DNA from: a virus
DNA length: 64,000 bases
Reading direction: 5' to 3' (one strand)
IMG/VR virus record: IMGVR_UViG_3300029197_000003
Of this stretch, positions 34,028 to 42,922 are shown one piece after another. The notes under the pieces are model-generated. The model did not search any database. It saw only the letters and a list, made by a program, of their open reading frames with translations, and was not told the origin of the DNA. Position numbers and translations under genes: made by a program. How positions within the stretch are numbered: position 1 is the stretch's first letter; each line of letters begins with the position of its first letter.

Positions 34028-34572
34028 ACTTTTGCGTCGGTTTTCTGTTTCAAATCCTTTTTAGCATCTGCCATCTCGTCAAAAGCAAGCCCCGCCGTTG
34101 CTGCGGCTTGTCCGACACCTTGGATGGCGGCTGCGGTATTAGCTTGTTGTTGCTGAGACATCTGTATCCGTCTGTTGGCGAAGTTCTGCGTGTTGGCGAG
34201 ATGCTGATGTTCGATTGCGTCACGTTGCGCCATGCCTTGTGCGTTGATATTGCTCGCGGTCTGAGCGATGGCATTGTTGTTTTGTTCGCGTGCAGCCGCT
34301 GCTGCCGCCGCCGTGCCGCCCATCACGGCACTCTGCCCTGCCGCCGCCTGATTACGTTTGCGGATGCTGTCTTGCGTCATCGTGATAAGGCGCTGTGCAG
34401 AGGCACGCTGTGTATTGTCAGTATTGTACTCCCTGTCATACCAAGCCTTCTCTGCCGCTTCCTGCTCTTTGAGGAGACGGCGTTGTTTACGGGCTTCACG
34501 AGCATTCTTGATGCCGCCGAAGATGGCGCTTGCTGCGCCGACACCTGCTGAAATAGCTGTTCCTATTGCCAT
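34024..34572 (-). CDS. A/Q/N-rich small virion-type protein
   Basis: The start is taken at MAIGTAISAGVGAASAIFGG (ATG at 34572). It has an N-terminal Gly/Ala hydrophobic segment followed by a Q/A/N-rich helix. Confidence 0.4.
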   Translation of the reverse strand: MAIGTAISAGVGAASAIFGGIKNAREARKQRRLLKEQEAAEKAWYDREYNTDNTQRASAQRLITMTQDSIRKRNQAAAGQSAVMGGTAAAAAAAREQNNNAIAQTASNINAQGMAQRDAIEHQHLANTQNFANRRIQMSQQQQANTAAAIQGVGQAAATAGLAFDEMADAKKDLKQKTDAKV

Positions 34573-34655
34573 AGTAGTCTGTTTTATAAAGATATATATA
34601 TGAGGCAAATATAATCATGTATCTTTGCTATCGGTTTATAACTTTATAAAGCGAA

Positions 34656-34934
34656 ATGGCAACGGCAGTAAGAAAGTGTGGAAGAAAAAAAGGTACGCCG
34701 AATAAGGCTACACAATTGGGTCGGGAGACTATCGCAAAGTTTCTTGATGCTTACTCTTCCACGGGTCTCATGCACGAGGACTTTATGAAGCTAAAACCGC
34801 GCGAGCGTCTTATAATTGTTGAAAAACTGCTGCAATACCACATGCCGAAGTACCAGGCAATCACTTACGATGTGGCTATTACGGAAACAAAACTTTCCAT
34901 TGAGCAGAAATTGAAACAACTTTGCGGAGAGTAG
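34656..34934 (+). CDS. small basic protein, possibly DNA-binding, on the opposite strand inside the late block
   Basis: 92 aa, beginning MATAVRKCGRKKGTPNKATQLGRETIAKFL. A hairpin follows at 34974-35009. Confidence 0.4.
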   Translation: MATAVRKCGRKKGTPNKATQLGRETIAKFLDAYSSTGLMHEDFMKLKPRERLIIVEKLLQYHMPKYQAITYDVAITETKLSIEQKLKQLCGE

Positions 34935-34973
34935 ATTTTTCTTCATAATATTTATTAGTTTTTTCATTGGCTG

Positions 34974-35009
34974 AAATGCCCTGACAACATCTTTGCTGTC
35001 GGGGCATTT
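34974..35009. terminator. bidirectional hairpin between 34656-34934 (+) and the portal gene (-)
   Basis: AAATGCCCTGACA-ACATCTTTGC-TGTCGGGGCATTT. Confidence 0.6.
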
Positions 35010-35011
35010 CT

Positions 35012-37129
35012 TTAGCCATAAAGGGCCTGCGCTCCTTGCTGAACGGCCTGCATGTTTGTTCCTTGCTGTATCTGCTGTTGAAGCTGCGGCGGTAATCCCT
35101 GCGGCTGCTGCCCGTTAGCGATTTGCTCCTGCTGGCTCTTTACACTCTGCAAGAGACTATCGGCAAACGGGAAGTTACCATTTTCAAGCAACTGTTCCAA
35201 CGATATTTGACCACTCCGCCAAATCTCCATTAGGAAGTCATTGGCGAGCTGACGGTAAACAGGGGATGACGCACTATCCTCAATGCTGAGGTCATACTCA
35301 ACGTCCTGCATCTTTTCTGGGTCGTACTCCACTTGTGCGCCCCTTCTTCCTGCAATATTGATAATGCGCTTGCTGTCGTAGTATTGCTGTATATTCTTTA
35401 CCGTCTTGTACGCGCCGTCTATTATGAAGTTGTTGAAACTTTCAAAAACATCACTCAACGATACGGCTGCATTGTTGGTCTGCTGAGCATAAAGCGTTCC
35501 GCTGGTTCCAGACTGGGCCTGCTTGCCTTGGATGGCTCCAGTTACGCCGCTCACATTCTCAAAAAACTTCAATTGCAGACTAAGTATTTCATTGATGCCA
35601 ATGTTGGTTGAGTTGTTCACCACCTGTTGGGGGATGCGTCCGCTCTTTCCTGGCTTGTAGAATACAACACCATTAAACTTACGCCATTCGCTGGCAAAAC
35701 GCTTCATGCTAACACCTTCGGGGATACAATCGGTAGGAATCATAAGCACACCCTTTGCCGTGGCGCGTATCAGCCAGTCAAACAGGGTTATCAGTCGGTT
35801 CACGTAACGCTGCTGGTCTATGAATCCACCCATAAAACTCTTAATAACGCCATCAATGAATGGATATGCCTTGAATACGTATGGATGACTCTTATGGGCG
35901 TAGGGTGTCTCGCCCTCATCCAAAATATATCCAAGCGGAGTAATGAAGTAATAATACCAATAGGAATCCAAAAACGCCTCGGCCTCTATGAGCGGTATGT
36001 CGTCTTCTGCCATGCCAGCGGACGTACCTTGTGCGATTCGTTGTTCGTTGACGCTTACGACAAGTTCTTGGTAGTCCGCTTCGTCAACCTTGAAGTATTC
36101 TCCAGTATTGAGGTCGTGACATCGAAATCTCGGTTTCTGTTCTTTCCTCCACACTTCTATCACCCTGCACTTGTTTGTGTCTTCGGCAAAGAGAAAGTCA
36201 AGGCGTTTAAGGTCAAAGTTACCAAACTGACGCATAGAATAACTTATCTGCTCACGAGTTCTTGCGCTCTTGTATATCTCTTTAAGGTATCGCGCATCAT
36301 CACTACTCTTGGCAAACTGAGAGCATAATTCTTCAAAGGTAATATCGTGTATCTCACCAATGCAGTTGACATCCCATCCTCTGAAATCTCGCACGCCGTC
36401 ATCAATGAAGAAATAATTTGGATTCACATAATCAATCCAGCAATCATTGTTCTCATTGCGCCATTCATACGACATACGATGCACCACAAAGCCGCTGATG
36501 AGAAATTCTTCAAAACTTCTTGGCTTTACTTCATTCATTCTGTTCTTCTGCATCACGCATTGAAGCACAGTACTCATGGTCTCGCTCAACTCCTGCTCGT
36601 CGCGGTCTCTTGCAGAGCAAAACGGCTCTTTGTTTTGTGAACGAAATACGCCGAGCATACTGCGCATAACGCTCCACATGTGGTTGTTCTGTAAAGGTTC
36701 GCTACCCTGTGAACGGATATAGTCCGACTCGCGCATCTTCGTGGTGCATCCGAGCCTTCCTTGCACTTGAATGTAGTCACCAAGCTGGTCGCCATATACA
36801 TACCTTCTTGTCCTCTCGCGTTCCTTGCGGAAGGTCTCCATATTGTTCCAGTAGTCCTGCACTTGATAGAGGATGGCAAGCCCACGGCGATTCCCCTTTA
36901 GTTTTGAACGCTCAACGGTATCAAATTCCACATTGGGTTTGACACGTCTTCCGCTGACAACGCTCATTGAAAATAATTTGTCGGCCATAAAATCATGATT
37001 TTTCACGAAAATAATAACACGGCGTGTTATGCTTTCAATATCTTTAAAATACAGATGGGGCGTACCAATAAGCACGCCCCATCTCTTCACGTCAAAATCT
37101 TGTTTACACTCTCTTTCAGCATACGACAC
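35012..37129 (-). CDS. portal protein
   Basis: About 660-705 aa. An alternative start, MADKLF, lies at 36988. It has the RRYVYGDQ motif near the N-terminus, a Q-rich C-terminal tail, and a size and position typical of portals. Confidence 0.7.
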   Translation of the reverse strand: MSYAERECKQDFDVKRWGVLIGTPHLYFKDIESITRRVIIFVKNHDFMADKLFSMSVVSGRRVKPNVEFDTVERSKLKGNRRGLAILYQVQDYWNNMETFRKERERTRRYVYGDQLGDYIQVQGRLGCTTKMRESDYIRSQGSEPLQNNHMWSVMRSMLGVFRSQNKEPFCSARDRDEQELSETMSTVLQCVMQKNRMNEVKPRSFEEFLISGFVVHRMSYEWRNENNDCWIDYVNPNYFFIDDGVRDFRGWDVNCIGEIHDITFEELCSQFAKSSDDARYLKEIYKSARTREQISYSMRQFGNFDLKRLDFLFAEDTNKCRVIEVWRKEQKPRFRCHDLNTGEYFKVDEADYQELVVSVNEQRIAQGTSAGMAEDDIPLIEAEAFLDSYWYYYFITPLGYILDEGETPYAHKSHPYVFKAYPFIDGVIKSFMGGFIDQQRYVNRLITLFDWLIRATAKGVLMIPTDCIPEGVSMKRFASEWRKFNGVVFYKPGKSGRIPQQVVNNSTNIGINEILSLQLKFFENVSGVTGAIQGKQAQSGTSGTLYAQQTNNAAVSLSDVFESFNNFIIDGAYKTVKNIQQYYDSKRIINIAGRRGAQVEYDPEKMQDVEYDLSIEDSASSPVYRQLANDFLMEIWRSGQISLEQLLENGNFPFADSLLQSVKSQQEQIANGQQPQGLPPQLQQQIQQGTNMQAVQQGAQALYG

Positions 37130-37371
37130 ATAAGTGTTTTCATGCGGTAGATGCGTGAATTTTTCAAGGCATTTACCCTTTGCTGGCTCATGCCGCTTAA
37201 CTCAGCAATAGTGCCTTCGCTCATTCCTTTTTCGATTAGGTAATCAACGAAAACCACACGTGCATTCACACTTCGTTCACTTCTACTTGTCGTGAACTCT
37301 TCAAAAGATAAACCGCTTGCGTTCATTGTAGCTTCAACGGCTTTATCAAATAATATCTGTAATTGTTTCAT
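37087..37371 (-). CDS. small HTH protein
   Basis: The start is taken at MKQLQILFDK. ARVVFVDYLIEKGMSEGTIAELSGMSQQRVNAL resembles a DnaA-domain-IV/sigma-r4-like HTH. Confidence 0.45.
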   Translation of the reverse strand: MKQLQILFDKAVEATMNASGLSFEEFTTSRSERSVNARVVFVDYLIEKGMSEGTIAELSGMSQQRVNALKNSRIYRMKTLMCRMLKESVNKILT

Positions 37372-37406
37372 TTTAGAGGAATTAAAAGGTTGAATAATCT
37401 TTTGGA

Positions 37407-37895
37407 CTATCCTCGCTTTTTGCTCCTCTTGGAATAAACAAAATAATACCACGCGCCAATTATCATCAGCAATACCGCTGCAAACTGAAACAAGCAGTCT
37501 TTGAATCGCTGCAAAATCGGCGGTTTCTCCTTCACCGTCTTGTTTTCTTTCTCCTTTCTCGTCTCTTTCTTGTCCGTTACACTCGTCTGCTGCTCTTCCT
37601 GCTTAGCATTGATAAAGTGCTTTGCGTTTCGGTTAGAAATGATTTTCTTTTCGCGTTCCGTATCGGTGCGAAGAACCTTGCCATCTGAATCAACCGTTAC
37701 CATTGTTAGCTCGGTAATAAAGACGGTGTCGGAGAGATATACGGTGTCAGCAATCGTAAGAATCTGCCGTTGTATCAACGTGTCACGTCTCTCTATCCTC
37801 ACTGAATCCGTGAACTCTTTCTCAACGATCGTTGTCTTGCGCGAACATGAAACAAGAGAGAGAAGAACAATAAAGAATAACAATGCCTTTTTCAT
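37407..37895 (-). CDS. unimolecular spanin candidate
   Basis: The start MKKALLFFIVLLSLVSC contains a lipobox (LVSC). A C-terminal TM helix, FQFAAVLLMIIGAWYYFVY, is followed by a basic tail. Its ATG overlaps the upstream stop as ATGA. Confidence 0.55.
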   Translation of the reverse strand: MKKALLFFIVLLSLVSCSRKTTIVEKEFTDSVRIERRDTLIQRQILTIADTVYLSDTVFITELTMVTVDSDGKVLRTDTEREKKIISNRNAKHFINAKQEEQQTSVTDKKETRKEKENKTVKEKPPILQRFKDCLFQFAAVLLMIIGAWYYFVYSKRSKKRG

Positions 37896-38152
37896 ATCAT
37901 CGCAATCAAAATGCCTGCAACATCGCAAAAGAAGTCCTTCCACTCTGATGTTCCCTGCCCTGTGAATCTGTCGAGCAATTCCTTGGAAACGGCAACCAAC
38001 AGCATGACGGCTACCATAACCCATACTGGCAGGAAGATAAGTGCCATCTTGGAGATAATAGTCATTACGATAATATGTGTAAGGCCATCAATGCTAAGTG
38101 AGGCAGCGAAGCCTGCCACCTTGCTGCATAGCTTGTAAAACCACTTAATCAT
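37892..38152 (-). CDS. holin-like membrane protein
   Basis: 86 aa with 3 hydrophobic helices. It lies between the endolysin and the spanin, with overlapping stops and starts. Confidence 0.45.
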   Translation of the reverse strand: MIKWFYKLCSKVAGFAASLSIDGLTHIIVMTIISKMALIFLPVWVMVAVMLLVAVSKELLDRFTGQGTSEWKDFFCDVAGILIAMI

Positions 38153-38682
38153 TTGTTCAAAATAAGATTGTCGTACATAATTGAATTAATTCGGCGTTCC
38201 CATCCTCTAAGGTTTTCTTGCTGGCTCTTGTCGTTCTTAACAATACTCTTGACGAACAACAACCGCATTTGCTTGATACGTCCAAACAACGGCAAGCCGC
38301 TTGTGCTGTTGACGGCAGCCAACGTCTTGTTGCCGATGATGCCGTCAACCTTCACGCCTACGAGCTTCTGTAATTGTCGCGCCGCCGTGCCAACGCCGCT
38401 TGCCCATGCCCAATCAACCATGATGTTAGCAACATTCTGGTCTGCTACCTTGTCAAGTCTCAGCGCATCCCAGTACATGGTTTTGAAAATCTCCTCCCAT
38501 TCGCTGGTAGTCATCGCTTTCAAGGTTTCAACCGTTGCAGGCTTGCCCTTTTTAGCGCAATACCCTCGCCACGTGTTTATCGTCACGCCCTTGTTTGTCG
38601 CGCCTCCTCTGTCGTTCTTTCGGTTGCAAAAACCGCCCTCCCATGATAAAATGAAGGGAATTATTTGTTTGTAATTTGCCAT
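38149..38682 (-). CDS. endolysin: GH108-type lysozyme plus a peptidoglycan-binding domain
   Basis: ILSWEGGFCNRKNDRGGATNKGVT matches the GH108 EGG...D.GG.T..G motif. The C-terminal VKVDGIIGNKTLAAVN is PG_binding_3-like. Confidence 0.8.
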   Translation of the reverse strand: MANYKQIIPFILSWEGGFCNRKNDRGGATNKGVTINTWRGYCAKKGKPATVETLKAMTTSEWEEIFKTMYWDALRLDKVADQNVANIMVDWAWASGVGTAARQLQKLVGVKVDGIIGNKTLAAVNSTSGLPLFGRIKQMRLLFVKSIVKNDKSQQENLRGWERRINSIMYDNLILNK

Positions 38683-38767
38683 GTTGAATTATTTTTGTAA
38701 TTTTGTGGTGAAAGTTCTGAGAAGGTTAATGATGTATGCGTCTCAATGTTCGCACGTCTCAATCCAT

Positions 38768-39907
38768 TCAGAACTTTTTTATTTTTATAATTCCTCGATT
38801 AATCCATACTACGACTTTTTCTTTCTTCGTTGAATAGGTTCTCGAATATCCCTTGCGAAACCTTACTGCATACGCAATAAAGGAAAAACTCTTCGAAGGT
38901 TTTATTCTCGCCACACGGTTTATATCGATATTTTTACGAACTCGAAAGTAAGTCGTTTTGTTATTAATTTTTACCTCATGCCTATGGGGAATATGGTTTT
39001 CAATTGTAACTTTAAACTTTCTCCTTCTTTTGTAGGTGTAAAATCGAATATTTAATAAATCAAGTTCATCGTATTTTATAAAACCTTTTGAACTGCCAAT
39101 GCCTACTGGCTCGCAATAAGAAATTAGATTTCTTTTATCACTGTCTACGACATAAGAAGTGGAAGGAAGATTTTTTAGGTGTCTAATCTCGTATTTTTTG
39201 GATGACAACATTAATCCATTATCCATCAGAAATTGATTTAATCGCTCAGTCCTAATTATCTTAATATCCCCCGCCTGTGCGTTACTATACAAGTTTGTAG
39301 TACGGGTAATCTTAGCTAAAACATGTTGAAATGGTACACGATTAATATCATATAAATAGAGATATAAAACTAATAAATAACTTACGCGTTCTGGCTTAGT
39401 ATCTCCATAATTACTGTCTATTAATCTTTTTATTTCTGCAATGCTTTTACCTTCAATATCAGTTACAATAGGACCACAATAAAAAACAGACCCTCTGCTC
39501 CAAAATCCATTTTTGTCTATAACATCATACATAAAGGCAACGATATTTTTAGTGCCAACTTCGTATCCTTCTTGTTGAATACTTGGGAAACGAAACACCG
39601 CTGAATCATCCAATTTATCCAAATCAACCTTGAATTTAATCCTGCCATCGTGGAAGTAATAAAAATTACCCTTCTCTGGTGTCATCGGAATGGCCTTGTG
39701 TACAATCAATTTATTAAATCTTTTTGCCCCCCCCTGTTGACAAAACTTCATCCCATTAAACACAATCTCCCCATCCGTTGTGTAATGCACAACAGGGTCG
39801 CCCGTCTGATGGTCGTTTGTAATTGCCTCCCCTGTCGTTGACCCGACATCCACTTTAAAGAATCTCCCCTCTAACTCATTCCAAGGGGTTACAGGATTAT
39901 TGCTCAT
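38768..39907 (-). CDS. receptor-binding / tail fibre protein, paralog C of a shared N-terminal anchor
   Basis: The start is MSNNPVTPWNELEGRFFKVDVGSTTGEA...VVHYTTDGEIVFNGMKF. The N-terminus is shared with 40993-41856 and 45118-46032. The C-terminus is unrelated. Confidence 0.55.
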   Translation of the reverse strand: MSNNPVTPWNELEGRFFKVDVGSTTGEAITNDHQTGDPVVHYTTDGEIVFNGMKFCQQGGAKRFNKLIVHKAIPMTPEKGNFYYFHDGRIKFKVDLDKLDDSAVFRFPSIQQEGYEVGTKNIVAFMYDVIDKNGFWSRGSVFYCGPIVTDIEGKSIAEIKRLIDSNYGDTKPERVSYLLVLYLYLYDINRVPFQHVLAKITRTTNLYSNAQAGDIKIIRTERLNQFLMDNGLMLSSKKYEIRHLKNLPSTSYVVDSDKRNLISYCEPVGIGSSKGFIKYDELDLLNIRFYTYKRRRKFKVTIENHIPHRHEVKINNKTTYFRVRKNIDINRVARIKPSKSFSFIAYAVRFRKGYSRTYSTKKEKVVVWINRGIIKIKKF

Positions 39908-39908
39908 C

Positions 39909-40403
39909 TTACTTCTCCTCCTTCGTTGCCTCCTCAAACGCCTCGCCTGCATCCTTATCTTTCTTCTTTAGTATAGCGACAATAAAGCGTTTAAAAGAGA
40001 AATTAAACTTCACATTATGTATAGCGCACACGTGGCCTTTAATACTATCCAGTTCAAATATGGCAGCAAAGACAGAGCCTAACGCACCGCCCTCCTCGTA
40101 TGTACCTATACCCATAGGTTCAAGGAAAGACTTGCCAAGCAGCGCACCCGTCATGATGTAAATCATGTACTCGATGAATTTGCAAACGGTTCTTCTCCCT
40201 GCTCTGCTATATCTGAACGATTCCTTTTTCACCTTCACGCTTTCAGTCAGACCCAAATAAAAGTCTGCAATTATCATGAAGATAATAAACAACACCATCC
40301 ACCGCAGACCGTAAAACGTCTCTTCTATCTCTGTCGGAATGGTGTAATACGCTCCAATGCCTGCCAAGGCAACCAACGGATTTAAGATAAATGACGATTC
40401 CAT
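39909..40403 (-). CDS. phage holin-family membrane protein
   Basis: 164 aa with 3-4 TM helices and a charged C-terminal tail (KKKDKDAGEAFEEATKEEK). Confidence 0.45.
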   Translation of the reverse strand: MESSFILNPLVALAGIGAYYTIPTEIEETFYGLRWMVLFIIFMIIADFYLGLTESVKVKKESFRYSRAGRRTVCKFIEYMIYIMTGALLGKSFLEPMGIGTYEEGGALGSVFAAIFELDSIKGHVCAIHNVKFNFSFKRFIVAILKKKDKDAGEAFEEATKEEK

Positions 40404-40414
40404 CTTTGTCCCTC

Positions 40415-40981
40415 CTAAAGAAAATCAACCATTCTATAATAGGCATCACTGAACTCTGCCTTTCGTCTGAACTTCGCCCACATCCAAGGAATCGGAAGCA
40501 GCGTCTTCCAATTGTCCTTGGCCAAGACGTCATAGGCGGCAGTGTAGTACGGCATATCAGAACTTGACCACAATACGCGCCAATCTGGTTTCTTAACGCT
40601 CAGTTGCACGCATTGAATGTTGCTGAATCCTTTGAGGCATTCGGCAAGTTTTCTGAAATTGTCGTACACCTCAGTGCCTTCTTCGCATTCCCCTTCATAG
40701 GTAAGCAGATACATCGTCTTGACTGGCGAAGATGCTGCAATGCCGTTTAGTTCTGCCATGAGTTTTAGCAGGGATTTCTTAGCTTTCCACAAGCCATGTG
40801 CGGCAACGAATCTTCCTCTGCCATTGTCCCATTTCACGCGAAGGTCAAACAGACGGCAGCCGCATCTATGTTGTTGCACTAAGGTTTTTGACTGGCATTT
40901 TGAAAACGCGGAGACAAGGAACGACAAAAGGCCGTCACCTTTCTCTCCTGTAAGGCTGTTATGTGTTGCAATTTTAATCAT
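40415..40981 (-). CDS. PLC-like phosphodiesterase, PI-PLC X-domain-like
   Basis: IATHNS, RLFDLRV and VAAHGLW occur in the same order as Bacillus PI-PLC IPGTHDS, RIFDIRG and LHHGPL. Confidence 0.55.
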   Translation of the reverse strand: MIKIATHNSLTGEKGDGLLSFLVSAFSKCQSKTLVQQHRCGCRLFDLRVKWDNGRGRFVAAHGLWKAKKSLLKLMAELNGIAASSPVKTMYLLTYEGECEEGTEVYDNFRKLAECLKGFSNIQCVQLSVKKPDWRVLWSSSDMPYYTAAYDVLAKDNWKTLLPIPWMWAKFRRKAEFSDAYYRMVDFL

Positions 40982-40992
40982 GTCTTTCAGTT

Positions 40993-41856
40993 TTAATGGT
41001 TCAACGTTCCTGCCTCTTCCAGTTTATCAACGAGTGTTTTGCAGATAATGCGTAGATGGTTGATGGCAAACTTCGCCTCGTCAAGAGTGGTGACGCTTGG
41101 CACGGCCTTCAAAAACTCGTACTCACTTTGCAGATTGAGGTTGGCTTTCTTAACGCCGCCAATACTCGTTGTTGTAGCACTGGCAAGTGATATGATGCCG
41201 TTGTTGTCGTTTGTTGTATCTTTATATCCCTCTATGCCGTCATCCGTGACATTCAGACCATCACCGACCTTCACTATGCCGAACTGGTTTTTGGTGGCTC
41301 TGTTTAAAACTATATATTCCTGAGGAAGAGCTCGAAGATAATAGTAGCCTGTCTGTTTATGGTTTCCGTCTGTTGTTTCGTAATCATAAATAACATTTTC
41401 TTCGTAGCCCTGAATATGATTTATTGTCGCGTAAGGCTGTCCTTGTCTTGACCACCAAAACACCGTTACCATCATATTGTTCGCCACAGCTGATGCTGCA
41501 TCGCTCTGACCGAAGAAATTTACATAATTACCAGCTGCATCTCCGACAGCGAATAAAGGGTATTTCCCACCATCAGCAAGAAGAAATTCTTTCCACACAG
41601 GAGGCAAACTGCTTACTTCTTCCGCTGTCAGTGTGTAATTCTCATTTGATACCATAGCCATATTTTGAATCGCCTGCCCAAAATCCTTAATAAGCTCATT
41701 ATAGCCTGCAAACTGCACACCATTAAACACAATATTCCCCTCTGTCGTGAAATGAATAATCGCTGGATTCGTAGCCTTCAACGCCTCCTCTGTCGAAGTA
41801 TTCACGTCAAACCTAAATATGCGACCTTCAAGTTTTTTCCAATCAACTGTTGCCAT
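40993..41856 (-). CDS. receptor-binding / tail fibre protein, paralog B
   Basis: The start is MATVDWKKLEGRIFRFDVNTSTEEA...IIHFTTEGNIVFNGVQF. Confidence 0.55.
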   Translation of the reverse strand: MATVDWKKLEGRIFRFDVNTSTEEALKATNPAIIHFTTEGNIVFNGVQFAGYNELIKDFGQAIQNMAMVSNENYTLTAEEVSSLPPVWKEFLLADGGKYPLFAVGDAAGNYVNFFGQSDAASAVANNMMVTVFWWSRQGQPYATINHIQGYEENVIYDYETTDGNHKQTGYYYLRALPQEYIVLNRATKNQFGIVKVGDGLNVTDDGIEGYKDTTNDNNGIISLASATTTSIGGVKKANLNLQSEYEFLKAVPSVTTLDEAKFAINHLRIICKTLVDKLEEAGTLNH

Positions 41857-41958
41857 AACCTTATAAAATAACAACATTCTCTGACAATGTGAAATGACAA
41901 CATCTGCACATTGCCAAAGAATGCTCATTAAACCACACTTAGTTAATAATTAGTTTGT

Positions 41959-42858
41959 TTACTTGTTTTTATTCTCCCCTCCAACAAGATTAATATTCGT
42001 AATCTCGATAACGTTCAGAAGGCGCATCGTAAATTCATGCCATTCCTTTTCGAAAGGAGCAACCATCTCTGGCGTGACGTGAATCTTATTCAGCGTACCA
42101 ATGATGTTGACGATAAATCCTTTGACGTTGACAGCCTCAAACATACCTTGGTCGTGCTTCATAAAGAACTCGTACAAGTCAATCCAACAAAGGCCCTTGA
42201 ACACCACATCCTTAATGATGTTGGTTGTATGCGTCAGAGAATCTTTACGCATTCGATAGGTGTAGCCGATGGTGTCAGCATACGCTACCTTGTTCGCAAA
42301 GAACATCATCGGAATAATGGTCGGCGTGTCCTCGATATAACGCCTATCGCTATATGGGACTTTGTTGCAGATTTCCTTGCGGATTATCTTGTTATTCATG
42401 AACACAATGCGCTCACCCCAAAACTTGGCAACCTTGTCGCGGCCTTCCGTTATGCAATTGCCGTAGGACGTGGCATCCCATGAGCCATCCTCTTTGAGGA
42501 TTTTCACGCCGCCGCTGACAATATCCGCGCCTGTAGCATCGGCTCTCGCAAGCAGTCTCTTGACAAAATCAAGGTCAATGTAATCATCGCCATCAAGCGT
42601 CATTACATATTCTGCATTTGCGTAGTCAATGCCGCGTCTGCGCGAAAGGCCAGCGCCAACATTCTCTTCATTCTCCAAGAGAGTAATTCCCTTGATTCTT
42701 CTGAGGATGTCAAGCGTACCGTCTGTTGACTTATCTTCAACGACAATAACCTCACACTTCTCTGTCTGATTCAAGGCGCTTGCAACACTCTGTTCAATAT
42801 CTCTTTCAACATTGTATGCCGTAATAACGATGGCACATCTGTACATTTTTCTATTCAT
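41959..42858 (-). CDS. family-2 glycosyltransferase
   Basis: The sequence CAIVITAYNVERDIEQSVASALNQT...VIVVEDKSTDGT...NVGAGLSRRRG...TLDGDDY carries the GT2 DxD/ED pattern. Confidence 0.8.
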   Translation of the reverse strand: MNRKMYRCAIVITAYNVERDIEQSVASALNQTEKCEVIVVEDKSTDGTLDILRRIKGITLLENEENVGAGLSRRRGIDYANAEYVMTLDGDDYIDLDFVKRLLARADATGADIVSGGVKILKEDGSWDATSYGNCITEGRDKVAKFWGERIVFMNNKIIRKEICNKVPYSDRRYIEDTPTIIPMMFFANKVAYADTIGYTYRMRKDSLTHTTNIIKDVVFKGLCWIDLYEFFMKHDQGMFEAVNVKGFIVNIIGTLNKIHVTPEMVAPFEKEWHEFTMRLLNVIEITNINLVGGENKNK

Positions 42859-42922
42859 ATTTCTTGTATGAGAGGATTAGGCAGGATGCACATCTGTACA
42901 CCCTGTCTAAATGTTAGTTTGG

